Origin: Lama guanicoe
Taxonomy: Eukaryota
Direction: 5' to 3'
Assembly (NCBI GenBank): GCA_013239625.1
Contig: MU053629.1
Location: forward strand, 220,676 to 284,675
Length of the DNA: 64,000 nucleotides
Position 1 is the stretch's first letter. Each line of letters opens with the position of its first letter. Both the position numbers and the translations under genes were made by a program. Below the pieces are notes generated by a model, which ran no database searches, was not told the origin of the DNA, and was given only the letters and a program-made list of their open reading frames with translations. Below, in pieces: positions 38,681 to 52,700 of the stretch.

Positions 38681-41600
38681 CAGCGCTTAGCTGATGAGAG
38701 TTAGTAGCCCTCTTCCTGCTTCCCCCCCCGTTGTCAGACCCCGGAGCCCACGGCCTCCTTCAGCATGCACCTTATTCCCATCTGTGTCCCCAACACTCTG
38801 CATGGACTCAATATGAGATAGTCTTAGGTAATCGTAGATAGCTAAGATTTTTTTCCTTTTCATAGAACCCTTTGCAGACCCTGAGGAAGGGTGCCCCCTG
38901 ACCCTCACAGTCCCTTAGGGTGTGCCAGGGTCTAAGATCTTGGGTCTCTAGAGGAATCTGGCCAGAGCTGGAGGGTCCATCGTGCCCAGGGGGCATGGAG
39001 AGTCCCACTTAGGCTCTGACTCGACCTCCTAAATGAGCAGTGCCCAGCTGAGGGCCCAGGGTGAATGGGCCTCCCACTCCCAATCCGAGGCTGACTTGAC
39101 CACCCCAGACTTTGATGCTCCCTGAGAGGAAACACTTGCACAAGACCCAGGGTCCTGTCCTCCCCGGTCAAAATCCGACCTCCTCTGTGGCAGGAAGGCC
39201 CCGGGTGTGGAGCTCAGTCAGTCATGCCTCCCCAGCAGGGCCCCTTCATCTACCTCTGTTTCCACTGCATCCTCACCATTGCCCTTTCCCTGGCCCAGAC
39301 CCTCAAGGGTCCTCTTCCCCTTCATGCCTTTACCTTCTCCCTGTGAGTGCTGAGGCCCCCAGAATTCAACCTGCCCAGTGCCCTGTCAGGTTTTGATGTG
39401 GGGAGCTTCTGTAGAGATTTTTACCAAGCAGAGGAGCCCCACAGTCACGCGTCACCCCCTCAGCTTCCCTCAGCACATTTCCCTACTTCTTCTGTTCCCT
39501 TCTCAGTGTCCTGGAGCAGCCTCTTTAATCTCTTCCTCCTAAATCAGCCCCCATCTGGCCAATTCCAAGGGGTCTGATGACAGGTGCATCAAGTCTCGAA
39601 AGAGGCATCTCCAGCTTTAAAAGCGGGGTTTTGGGTGTCAGTAACCGGCAACTGTCAGCTCTAGTCTGTCCACAGAGACAGGGACTCTGATGGGGCCTTT
39701 GAAGTCCCACTCTCAGGTCCAAGCCCACGCTGCTTGCCTGCCACCCTCCCCCACCCATCCAGGTGTAGCTGGGAGAGACCATCTCTCCGTGACAACATGT
39801 GCATAATTTGTAGGGGGAATGGAAGAACATTTAGATCTTTTTATTTACTACAAAAATAAAAGACATGCATTTGATCATGAGTGTCAGGGGCTGGGAGGTA
39901 ATGACAAGCCAAATGGAAAAATAACAGAACTTCTAAATTAGCCAGGGGAAAGGGGAGAAAAAATAATGGAAAAGAAGGAAAGCAAAAAAAAAAAAAAGTC
40001 AAATGCAAATCTATAAACAAGAAAGCAGAAATAGGAGTATTACTATGAGGCAAGGTTGACCCAATTATGTCACAAACTTATATACATCTAGGAATACAGT
40101 AGCTAAGTGTAACAAGCAAAAACAATTAGCCACGCGAGAACTTGATTTCAAAATACAGCCATGATGGGAGATTTAAAAATACCCCAAGAATCTGCTTGTT
40201 TTGTTTATTGTTCCAAAATTAGATAAGACGATCTTAGAACTGATGTGGGAGAGCACATGTCTAAAATCGCTAAGAAAATCATGTAAAGGAAGACTGCTGA
40301 GGAATCTTACCTCGTGAGATGTGGATAAGGTCCTCAAAAGAGCTGCTGAATGCAAGGGCTTGGGGCACAGGAGGGTTGACGGGTCGCCTCAGCCGGGGAC
40401 CGCTGTGGAGAGGGCAGCTCCCAGCTCTCAGTGGCTGCACTGGCGCTGCAGGGTGGCCTCCACCAGGAAGGAGACAAGGGTAGAGCTGACCCTGTTGGTG
40501 GCTCCGGCTGGTGGCGAAACTAGCGATAGAAAATTTAAAATAATGCCATGGCTATGATTTCTCACTCTAGGGTTGGAGAACATGCAAAGAAATAAAGAAA
40601 TGTGAATTGACTAGACAATGTTTGAATATTCATTCAACAAACGGATCCTACAGGCAGGGTACTGGGGGATCACATAGCTACTCTTTGGCTACAGCTGCAG
40701 GAGAAGACGTTTTCCTTTAAGGGGATATATACACTTCACGGCTCAGATTGAACGGTGTCTGGAACTGACTGGGTCCTCTTGGAACCCAGCTCGTGGCCCA
40801 AACTCACAATTTCTCAGATGCAACCAGAGAAGCCAGGGTACTATCCGCTGTCTAGGACTCCTATCCCCATCCCTAGCCTATACTCCTATACTCAAAGCAT
40901 ATTTTGTGAAAGAAACCTGTCACGTAGAAGATCTATCTACATATATATATATCTAGATAATATATATATGCATATATACACACACATGCCCATACACATG
41001 TATATACATATATGTATGTGAATGGATAAACTTTTTTCAGGGCAGAGAGAGGGAGGGAAAGACTGAGACACGGTGGCTCCCTTAGAGCAAAGCACACTGT
41101 TGTTACAGAACAGTGGGTAAGGCTAACTGATATGTGATTGGTTTCACTTAGGTTTCCTATCGTAAGTGGAGCCAGCTAGGTAGTTATTGCAAGGACTCCA
41201 GAAAACCTCTATCTAACTTCACTTTCTTCCATGATTAATAAAAATAATAACAATAATAGAGGTTGACTTGGGATGGTCCCGAAGAAACACCCCCACGGGA
41301 TCAAATCCTCTTGACACTTGGAGGAGGACGCAGATAGTATTTGGGGCTTGCAGAATCCCCAAATCAGCAAAAATGAGCCAACATTTCAGAAGATGATGTG
41401 GGGCAAGAATAGCTGGTGGGGAAGGAAGCCAGAAACAACCTTTTTTTTCTGTATTCTGTTAAGAGGAAGTAAGTCTGGAAATAAATCTTTGTCTTCAAAG
41501 AGCTAAGTCTCACGGGGAGGCATATAAAAGTACAGGCAAATGGAAAACACACGCTTGTTGCTTTAACAGTAGAAATACAGGGTGGAGGCCCACATAAGAG

Positions 41601-43361
41601 ACAGCTGTGCAGGTAGGGAATGCCTCCAGGAGGAAGCCATGTCTGAGCCTTGAAGAATGAATGGGAGTAGGTGAACAGTGGCTTCAGGGTGGTGAAGGCT
41701 TTCCAGTAGAGGGAATGGTACCTGCAAAGGGTAGAGCATATGTAGGGGAAAAAGTAAAGTTCATTATGGCTGCAGTGGCGCACGTTGGAGGGCAGGAGTG
41801 GCGAAGGCCTTTAAAACACGTTAAAAGACAAAAGCAGTGTCTTTTTTTATTTTAATCTTAGTTCCTGCTCCCCTCTTGGCTTCCCCGAAAGAATAAATCA
41901 GCAATAAAAAAACAGACACAGACACGTCTTCTGCAAGATACATTCAGAAAAAAATAGAGGAAAAATATTTCAGACATAAACACGTATCAGAAGAAAGCAA
42001 GCATGGCAGAGAAAAACAGATAAAGCAACAAAAGGATGGAAATGGACAGTGGATGGGGTGGGAGGAGCCACAGGCCAGCAGAAGAGAGCTATGGAAGACA
42101 GTGTGGTCAAGGAGCGGGAGGGAGAGGGGAGGAGAGCAGGGGCCCCCAAGAACTCGGGGCAGGTTCAGGCACTAGCGCTCAGACCCTGCTGACCACACAC
42201 GGGCTCCCTGACCTTGTGGGGAGGCTCTCTTGCCCAACCAGACCTCTCTCTTCCCTCAGTTCTCAGCTCCAAGGGAACGGGAGAAAGATGTTTGCAAATC
42301 TTCAAGTTTGGAGAGGGGAAAGCAGAGTAAAGACCATTGCCTCCATGTGCAGCCAAAGAAGCGCCAGAGGTCCCAAGAATTGTAGTTGGTGGAGTGATAA
42401 CATTTATTTCCTTTCCTAGGGCTGCTCCACGGGTGGTGTTTGTAAACTTTTTGAAGGAGCTTGGAACAAAGCTGCTCCCAGAGACTCAGTGGGTAGCTGT
42501 GCCCCAGCCTGAACTGGAAGGTTAGAGGTGAGCTGCTGAGCCTGGAAGGGAACCAAGGCGACACGGACTAGGGGCTCTGTGGCAGCTGAAGGCAGGGACA
42601 GATGGTGGAAAGCCTTGGAGCAGCTCTGCCTGTGAGCTCTTTGAGGCTGATGCTTTGTGTCATAAATTTGACTCTGCTCAGCCCCTAGGGTGTGGTAGAT
42701 GTGTTCCAAGTGCTTGCTGAATGGATGAAAGGAGGTGGCTGAGAAAAGCATATGCTAATGAGACCGCCTAAAACCCCCCCTGACTAATAATAATCAGCTA
42801 CTCCCTGAGTCCTTGAAGACACTGCTATGAGCTGCTGCCTGCAGCCTCTAACCAGCCCACAGAGTAAAGCCATGGCCTCTGCCAGGGAACGCTGTGACCC
42901 GAGGGGAAGCTTTGGAAACTTTGGCAACTAGTCTAAGAGCTCCTCCGGGGAATTCCTTGAAATCATAACATAAAATCCTGAAACCTCTAAAAGGAAGTCT
43001 GGAAGCCCCCGTCTGAAATCCTTGGAATCCCTACCAGGAAACCCTGGAGCCCTGCTGGGAGGCCCTGGCAGTGCTGCTCAGGGTGACGGACAGCCTCTCA
43101 AGCTTGCGTTACTGCGTTGTCTCTGCCTTTGCAGCAACAACTCCTGCTGGAGTAGGGGACGGGATTACCGTTTTGTTTTAATAGCAGTGGCTGTGTCCCA
43201 GTCACTTGGGCCCAGAAGGCCCATCCCAAAAGGACAGGGCATGGACTTCCCAGGTCTCCTATCAAGATGGTGGGACTTTGGGAAGGCTGGTCCTCATTAG
43301 CCGTCAGGTGCAGGGCTTGAAACCATTTCTGGGTGGTTTTAGTTGAAGGACGGAAATCATG

Positions 43362-43371
43362 GCGTGCGCGC

Positions 43372-43425
<54 letters not shown>

Positions 43426-43426
43426 A
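43362..43426. repeat. Compound (CG)10-(TG)n microsatellite
   Basis: (CG)10 at 43367-43386 followed by a TG repeat with one interruption at 43410. Confidence 0.95.
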
Positions 43427-44080
43427 GGCAGCCAGAGGCTGGAGCACAGATACTGACAGGAGTGGATGCTATCTGACCCCTGAAAAATGTCATTCTCTGT
43501 TCACAAAGAGATGACTCAAGCGGTTCTACTCGTGGACTCTGATGGTTTCACTCTCTAGGCTTCCTTGGGGGAAAAAAATGTTTTTTGAAATGTATTTAGC
43601 TGTTAGAGAGAAAAACATTCATGTCAGAGATAAGAGACAGATGCAGGGACAGCTTCAGAAAAAGAAAAAAAATGTAGACAGATCCTGTAGCAGAGGGAAA
43701 GGGAAAAAAACACAAATTTTAAAAAGGGATATTAAAGTAAAAGGAGGCAGTAAAGATTGGGAAATCACGGCTCACAGTATCAGAAACCAACACACAGGCA
43801 GGGCACTGCTGTCAACTGGGTGGTGGAAGGCATCTCTGTCATAGTTGGCGAGCTTCCTTAGAAAGACTTTCTTTCTGTAATTCTGAGAGAAAAAGGAGAT
43901 ATGAGAAAAGACAAGTGGCTTAAGGGGTGTGTCTGAGGGAAGCAGAAATGAAAAGGGACAAGGGAATATACTGGGACTGAAGGATAAAAATTTTCCTTTC
44001 TCCTTCCTCTCCTCTTCCAGCCTCCCCAAATGTGTTTCTAGGCATAAGATCTAACAGAATGAAGGGAAAGAAGAACTAGG

Positions 44081-44618
44081 TGGCATACGGGAGGCTAAGA
44101 CCAACCCCAGCTCTGTGAGCTGCTGGGAGGACTGCCAGGACCCAGCACATGGTCAGGTTCACGGCTGTGATTCATGACAGCAACAGTACACAAAGCAAAG
44201 TCAGCAAAAGGAGATGGTATGTAGAGCACAAAGCCTGGAGTCTTCTCCCAGTGGAGTCACACAGGACATGCTCACTTCCTCCAGCAATGAGTTACGACAA
44301 CACACTTGAAATTCTGTCTATCAGAGAAGCTTGTTAGAAGCTCGGTGCCCAGGGATTTTATTGGGAGCTGGTCGTACGGACATCCTCTGCCTGCCGTGTA
44401 GCAAAATCCCAGACTCCCAGAAGGAACACAGATGCTCAGCACAAACCAAACTGTTTGTACAAACTGGATGTATAAACAGTGAGCCACTCGAATCAGTTAG
44501 GGTGGCAGGAACCTTAAATCCAAGTTACCAGAACCCAGGTTCCTGGCGACTCAGCCTGGCACACAGGCTTTTCCAGGGGAGCAGCCTGGAGCCTGCGGTC
44601 TTCACTCTTTTCCACACA
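44081..44618 (-). mobile_element. MER21-like solo LTR
   Basis: Reverse complement begins TGTGTGGAAAAGAGTGAAG..; internal TCTCCCAGTGGAGTCACACAGGA and CAGACTCCCAGAAGGAA. Confidence 0.8.
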
Positions 44619-46799
44619 AGGTGCTTTGGGTGAGCACGAGCTGATGTGTTCCCCACATGCCTTCCTCTCTAGTCAAGCTAAGAAGCTGAAATCCAGTCCA
44701 CGCCTTAGGGACCATTTGAATGATCTGAAACGGTGTAGGTGCTGCTGAGCAGCTCTACTGTAGAAAAAAAGAAGGCTTGGTAGTTGTCAGAAGTGTTCCC
44801 AATTAGGCCTAACATGGAGAGGGGTCTTGGTGACACTTCTGAAACCTGGCATCCCTCTCTACCTCCACGACCTGACTGAAACAAGCCCCGAACTTGGCTG
44901 CCTCGGGAGGGCTTCCTCTGGTTGTTAGCAGCACCTGCTCTGTATGACTGGGGGCCTCCTCTCGCCGCCATCAGCAGATGAGCTGGAGAAACGGGGGACT
45001 TTATTCTCTCAGTACCCTCCTCCGACTTCTTAAGAATCTATGTCCATCTCTTTCCTCTACATCTCCATTTTCAATCATATAAAGGGATCTAAAATCACAC
45101 TGAGGTAGACAAGCTTGAAGGATGTGTGAAAGAGTTATTTTTAAACACTAGATTAAATCCACCTTTTAATTTAAGGAGAGTCCCAAATAATGAGCTCTGG
45201 AGGTGGCTTGCCTCCTGAATGCAGGGATGTAGCCCCTCCAATTTCCCACCTGAAGATCACACATGGCAGTGGGATCCCTCTTGGTGTCCTCCTCTCTCCC
45301 TGCAGGGCTGAGTGTGTTCATTCCCTTGGTTTACAGGCATTGGGCAAAGACGGGGCCATCACGGCACTTTTTACTGAAGCTATCCTTGGCATTACAGCCA
45401 ACTGTCAGCAGAAAAATGACTCAGTCACCTAGAATCAGACAAGGAATGACCGCAAATCAGGAGCTAAAGGCAATCTCAAATAGGAAAACATGATTGAAAT
45501 CTGATCTTTTTGATATTTTTTACAGTTAATGTCTTTGGTTTAAGGTTAGTATTTCCCCATGACAATCTTATGAGAATTTGAGAATTTTTGATGAAACTAA
45601 GAACCAGTTTTAGAAAAAAAAAAGGGGGGGGGGCAGGGATTTTCCAGAGCAGTCAAATCCATGGGAGTGTAAAGTGAGACCTGAAATTAGAGCCAGAAAC
45701 TGACTCGATGGGTTTATGTTGAAAGGCTTTGGGCTGGTGGTGCTGTATTAGGTGAGAATTCAGACTCTTGAAAATACTTTATCCTCACTCCCCTGCTGAT
45801 GGAAACTCAGGAAGCCTTAGTGTACCTTATCTGGAACCAGGAAAATGAACTGCTATTCATTCTGGAGAGATTTTTCTAGTGTCCCTTCTGAAACCTGTGT
45901 CTCATGAATCGTCTTGGACAAACTGGTAAATGATCCCATTTACCTTCTTTAAGGAAAACTGATTGTAGAAGGCAACTTCTGTCTTTGGAACCTTTTCTCA
46001 GAATTCACCCTGGGGCTAACGTATACAATTGGCAAGTGTGCCTACAGATTTCTCAGCCTACTCTTTTGTGCACTCTTCTCCTTTTCCTAAAACCTCTTTC
46101 CATGTACCCCTGACCTTCCCCTTCTCTCTCCTCTTCTCGGAGCTTGCACATATACCTTTATAAAAGATCTAATGATTTACCTGCCAGTGTGTTTAATTTC
46201 TAAGAAGGTCCAGTTCTTTCACCTAAGGAAATACAGCTGCAGTGATATACTCTAATGCATTATTAGCAAGGGTTGGTTTAGCCTTTTTAAGGAGTGAGGC
46301 TTTCCTGATGCTTTAAACTTCCCCAAATGCTGTAATGTAGACATGATCTCATTGGTCAAGGAAACTCTCAACAGTCCATATCAAGACCCGAAGGATGGTA
46401 GCTCTTCTCACCATTCTTCTAGGGCAGAGTCTTATAAGATTCCATGAGGATCAGCATTCTTGATCTATGAGGATTGGGCATAGAAAAGATGGACATAGTG
46501 ATCTCATCTTGACTTGGGTTAATGGGCTCTGCTCCTATAATTGCTCAACCAGTGTCCTCCTTTGAGTCCTTCTGCCCTCCCTCTGGTCTCCCTTGCTAAT
46601 TGGGTTCTAATCTGTCTGTGACAGTGCAATATAAGGTAGTTATTAGGGAAAATAATAGCAAAACATAGAAGCAATAAAAGAGAGAAAGAACAGTGACTGA
46701 GAGAGGGACAAATGTGGAGAAAGATGGATACAGAAATAATATACACAAGATACAGCAGGAAACAAATAAGATAGGAGAGATGGAACAACAAAGAGTAAT

Positions 46800-48180
46800 A
46801 AATGGATATAGGGATTTATCTCAGCAAAGCAAAAGCTTGTCAACATACAAAACTCAATCAATGTAAAACAACACATTAATAGAATGAAGGGGGAAAAAAC
46901 ACAAGATCATCTCAACAGATGTGAAAAAACATTTGACAAAATCCAACACCCTTTAGTGGTAAGAACATTCAGAAAACTAGGAATAGTAGAAGGGAATTTC
47001 CTTAATATAATAAAAGTCATTTATGAAAAAACCTACAGCTAACATCAATGATGACAGATGGAAATCTTTTCCCTAAAGAGAAAGAACAAAAGGAGGTGCT
47101 CATTTTTGCCACTGCTATTCAATATTGTACCAGATGTTCCAGCCAGAGCAACTATTCAAGAAAAAAAATAGGGATCTAAATTGAAAAGGAGGAAGTAAAA
47201 CTCTCTCTATTCACAGATGACATAATCCTATATATATATATATATATATAATATTCTAAAAAATGTACATAAAAAATCTGTTAGAGCTGATAAATTAATT
47301 CAGCAAATATTTATAAGATCAAAAATTAGTTGTACTTTTATACACTGGCAATGAACAGTCCAAACAAGAAATTAATTTAAAATTTTCATTTGCAATAGTA
47401 TCAAGAAGAATAAATACTTGAGAATAAATTTAACCAAGGTGGTACAAGACCTGCACAAAGAAAACTACAAAACATTGCCAAAAGAAGTTAAAGAGGATAT
47501 CAATAAATGAAAAGACAAGATACCCCACAGATTGGAAGACTTAATATTGTTCAGATGGCAATCATAAGCAAAGCAATCCATAGAACTAATGCAATCCTTA
47601 TCAAAAACCAACGATCTTTTTTTTTACAAAAATGGAAAAAATTATTCTACAATTCATATAGAATTGCAAGGGGCCCCAAATAGCCAAAAAAATAATCTTG
47701 ACACAGAAGAACAAAATTGGAGACTAACACTTATCCTGGTTTCAAAACTTACTACAAAGCTACAGTAGTCAAAACAGTGTGGTACTGGGATATGATTGAC
47801 ATATAGATTATTGGAATAGAATTGAAAGTCCAGAAATATAACCATAAATCAAAAGTCAGTTGATTTTTAACAAGGATGCTAAGTCCATTCAATGAAGAAA
47901 GAATAGTCTTTTCAACAAATGGTGCAGGAACAACTGAATAGCCACATGCAAAAGAATAATGTTGGACCCTTATCTCACACTATATGCAAAAATTAACTCA
48001 AAATGAATTAAATATAAGAGTGAAAACCATAAAACTCTTATGAGAAAACACAGAGGTAAATCTTTTGACATATTTGGCAATGGTTTCTTATATATGACAA
48101 TAAAAGCACAAGTAATAAAAAAATACATAAATTGGACTTGATCAAAATTAAAACTTTTGTGCATCAAAGGACACTATCAA
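46800..48180 (+). mobile_element. Old L1 ORF2 remnant (L1MB-like), disrupted
   Basis: CATTTGACAAAATCCAACACCC, CTCTCTCTATTCACAGATGACATAATC (RT active-site region), TTCAAAACTTACTACAAAGCTACAGTA; many frameshifts. Confidence 0.88.
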
Positions 48181-49250
48181 AGTGAAAAGACAACCTACAG
48201 AATAGGAGAAAATATTTGCAAAAGATGAGACTGACAAGGGCTTAATCTCCAGAATATATAAACAGCTCATACAACTTAATAACAAAAATACAAACAACCC
48301 AATCCAAAAATGGGCAGAAGACCTAACAAGCAATTCTCTAATGAAGACATACAAATGGCCAATCGGCATTTGAAAAAAATGCTCAATATTGCTAATTATC
48401 AGAGAAACGCAAATCAAAACTGCAACGAGTTATCACCTCACACCAATCAGAATGGCCATCATTCAAAAGTCCACAAAATAAATGCTGTAGAGGGTGTAGA
48501 GAAAAGGGAACCCTCCTACACTGCTGGTGGGAATATAGTTTGGTGCAGCTGTTGTAGAACACAGTATGGAGATTCCTCAAAAAACTAAAAATAGACCTAT
48601 CATATCATACAGCAATCCCACTCCTGGCCATATATCCAGAGGGAATCTTAATTCAAAAAGACACATGCATCCCAATGTTCATAGCGGCACTATATACAAT
48701 AGCCAAGACAAGGAAACAACCTAAATGTCCATTGACAGATGACTGGATAAAGAAGTTGTAGAATATTTCTACAATGGAATACTACTCAGCCATAAAAAAT
48801 AATAAAATAATGCCATTTGTAGCAATGTGGATGGACCTGGAAAATGTCACTCTAAGTGAAGTAAGCCAGAAAGAGAAAGAAAAATGCCACATGAGATCAC
48901 TCATATGTGGAATATAAAAGAAAAAAAAAAGAGAGAAACGAACTTATTTACAAAACAGAAACAGACTCACAGATACAGAAAACTCATGGTTACTAGGGCG
49001 GGAAGGGGTGAGAAGGGATAAATTGGGAGTTTGAGATTTGCAGATACTAATATACATAAAATAAATAAGGTTGTACTGTATAGCACAGGGAACTATATTC
49101 AATATCTCGTAGTAACCTACGGTGAAAAAGAATAAGAAAACGAATATATGTATGTTCCTATATGACTGAAGCATTGTGCTGTACTCCAGAAATTGACACA
49201 ATGTTGTAAACTGATTATACTTCAATAAAAATATATTTAAAAAAAAGAAG
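48181..49250 (+). mobile_element. Younger L1 (ORF2 C-terminus, 3' UTR, A tail)
   Basis: Better-preserved ORF2 end (..[12 protein letters not shown]..), 3' UTR like the 5222-5868 copy, AATAAA 49224-49229. Left boundary approximate. Confidence 0.85.
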
Positions 49251-49254
49251 AAGA

Positions 49255-49749
49255 AGGTGTTCAAACAAAACCTAGTAAATGAATGTTCATAGCAGCACTA
49301 CTCATAATAGCCAAAAAGCAAAACAACCCCTAGGTCCACCAATTGATGAGTAGATCAGCAAAATGTGGTATATCTGTACAATGGAATACTATTATGTCAA
49401 AAAAAGGGGTGCAGTATGACAGATGATAGCACATGGATGGACTCTGAAGCTTTTACCTGAGTAAAAGGAGCCTGACACAAAAGGTTGTATTGCATGATTC
49501 AATTTTTTAAGATATAGCTAAAATAAGCAAATCCATAGAGGCAGCAGACTCGTGGTTGCCGGGGTGGTGGTGGGAGGGGAAGCAGGGAAGGATGGGGAGT
49601 GACCATTATAATGAGAACAGTTTCCTTCTGGGGTAATGACAATGGTCTGGAACTAAATGGTGGCGACAGCTGCACCACACTATGAATATGCTAAATGTCA
49701 CTAACGGTAATTTGATATCAAGTATATTTTACCACAATTAAAATAAAAG
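49255..49749 (+). mobile_element. Old L1 3' end (L1MB-like)
   Basis: GGTGTTCAAACAAAA..AATGTTCATAGCAGCACT..GCAAATCCATAGAG..TATTTTACCACAATTAAAA. Confidence 0.85.
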
Positions 49750-52700
49750 GTATGGGACTACAGGGCAGGAAGAAGTTAGGTAAGTTAGGAACTTGGCAAG
49801 TTTGAAGAGACAAGAAACACTGCGGACATTGTGAACACAGAACACTGAAGACAGAACAGCTTCTGGAAGCTGCCACAGGCAGCAGAGCGCCCCGGGGATG
49901 CCAGCAGTGACGGACCATGAGTTCCCCCACTTTGTCCTCTCATGTGCCCACTGCCAAGCTCAGCGAGAGGCGTGTTGTAGGTGCTCTGACACAGAGCAAG
50001 TATATGAATGACAGAGTGACCTGTTGGAGGGGCTGGGCCTGTCCGAGCTGAATGAACCAGCGAGCCCAGAACTCCTGCCAAGAAGCCCTGAGATGCTAAC
50101 TGGAAAACCTGACAACATCACTAGGACATCTGGTGGCCCCTGCCAGGAAACTTGTCAGGAAGACAAGCAAGCGCTGACCTCCGGCCTTCTGTCAGAATTT
50201 AGGGAGTGGTGTCTCCTCGAAATGCCTGTTACTTTAGTTATATTTGGTTCAAACCAGATGGCAAAGATAATTGACTTTTTAAAACACTCCTACTGTGAAG
50301 GGGACTCCCTCTAGAAAACAGCAAACTGGAAAGTCCAAAACCGTGGTAGCTGAGCACTTGAACTGCAACTGGGCCCACACGTTCCTATGCAGGGTGTGGC
50401 CTGGAAGAGGCCCTGACCTCAGAGTGAGAGTGGGTGTCAGCTGCTAGAGTCTAGGAAGCCTATTCATAGGATCAGTGTGTGGTGACCTTAAATTAAACCC
50501 CCAGACTCAAACATTACTGTGGAAAAAAGAATTACATGAAAGACGTTCCATTTGGAGAAGGGAGTTCTCCTGACTTTTGTACGAACAGGTCTTCACAGAA
50601 GAAGAGAGGCTGAGAAGTAGGGCCTGGGGCTGCCTCTCTGAGGTAGTGCAGCAGAGGACGAAAGCTGGGTAGGGCCTGAAACGTTAGCTCCCCTGTTAAT
50701 GGTAACTGGTAGATCCCAAGGGCCACTAAGTAGAACCCAGAGGGAGATGGGGGTAGGACCGCCGTTGAATGGTCATTTCTGACTCCCTGGGACAAAGCCA
50801 GGGGGAGGAGGACGGATGGGCCCCGCCCCCACGAGGAATTCTTAGATGACATCCTCCCTCTTAGCTCCTCTTTCACCCCGTTATTCTCCTGAGGCCCTGA
50901 CATTCCTATTTAAAAGAAAAAGTTGTCAGATGATGGAATAAGAGCTCAAGCAGAAAAAAATAGAGAACTGATGAGATATGCAAAAAATGACAAAGGAGAA
51001 AGGAGAAATGTCTAGAAAGCCAAGAGGGACAGAAATATGGCCAAAACAGGAAAAGATTAAGTGATACTAGAAGTAAAGAAAGAATTAGTCACAGGAAGAA
51101 GGATTTGGGCAAGAAGAAGAGAAAAAAGGCAGGGGTCAGAAAGAGCTCTTCAAGACGGGACAGAAAGAGTCCATAGCAGTACCCTTTCTCCCTCATGTTT
51201 ACACGTAAGCGTGGTTTCTCTCAACGCCCTCTCTTTCCTCTCCCTTTCTCCTTTAATAAATAAATCTTGATTGTTGATTATCCCACGTACTAGGCTTGAA
51301 AAAGGAGGAATAAGACGAGAGAGATCAATGCCTTGCTCTTAAATTTCCTTCAAGCGAATTACGTGATCCCCTGCGAAGGGCGGGGATAATAGTGTTCCTG
51401 CAGCTCGACTGTGGCTGGGAGCAAGGCTGGGTGGGGGCAGGGCATCCTACCTGTATACTGCAGAGAGACTGATTTCAATCACTTGAAATTTGGGTCCACA
51501 TCTGTCTTGTTCGTTGAGACGATGCAGGGGACAGGGGGCCCAGTGATGTGGGTAGTGGCTTAAGATTCAGACCTTTAAAGTTCCTGGCTGCCCTCAAAGT
51601 GTTAATTGGGTATTTTTGAACTGGTGGGCCTGTGCCTGCTGCATCCTCACACACACTGTGGGAGAAGTTATGAGACTGCCTCTACTTTTCCTGAATTAGT
51701 GTCTATTAAAGGGATTAAACAACACTCACATATACACACACACGTGCACACAACTGTGTACTATCCCTGTAATTTGATAAAAGACGTTTCAACACCAAAT
51801 TATGGCTCTGCATCCCATCTTCTTTGAAACTCCCTTGCTTTGTGGATGGCACCACTAGGGTGACATTTGGAGCTCTTCCCAAGATGCGCCCTGGGGTCTA
51901 TGAAGTTTGGGTGTTGTATTCCAGCCCCTCCTCTGCCCTTTTGATGTTGTCAGCATTCTCCGCAGCATGGTCCTCTGCAGTACCCAGTTCCTTGATCTTC
52001 ACATAATCCCCCTGCCCACATAAGCTCTCAGCCATCCTTGGAAGGAGGCCACATAACACACAGGAAGTCAAATAAAACCTTCCTATTGCTGCCTCTCCAA
52101 GCTGCTCCTCCAGCGAGGATATGGGGACAAAGATGGAGGTTTAAGTCTGCAAGGATGCACCTTCCTCGCCTGGGGGGTGTGCGGGGTATGGGGGAGGGCA
52201 GCTGTTGACCCTTCTGAATCTCTGGCTTGGGGACGTATTCTCATTCTGCCTGGTCTTGGACACACCACTCCCTCTTGCCGTTGGCGTCTTTGGGCCATAT
52301 ATACAGAGGGGTCTTTGTCTCTTGAGCTTCTGTAAAGTGTGGTTATCTCCTAGTCCTCCCATGTTCCTTTTCAAAGCTGAAGCATTTTTCTAGGATTCCT
52401 TTTAGTCAACAAGCACCTTCATGATTTGTCTCCTCCTCCTCCATCAAAATCAGAAGTCAGGTATCCTTTAGCAAGGAGTCAGGCATCTCACACCAAGATG
52501 AAAAAGAACACAGTTCCTCATTTTGACTCTGCCCAAGGGAGAGTTGCGACGGCCAACAGGAGTGTTGCCCAGTTTTACAGGGACCTACACATTTACCCTC
52601 TTGCAGGGAGAGAGGGAACAGATGCATTTTTGAAAACTCTGAAATACAGGTGGACTGCACATTCTTACTGTGCCTGCTTTGGGACACGCCACACTGTAGC

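Noticed and set aside
46800..48900. Functional reverse transcriptase / active L1
   Set aside because: 5'-truncated, with many stops and frameshifts.
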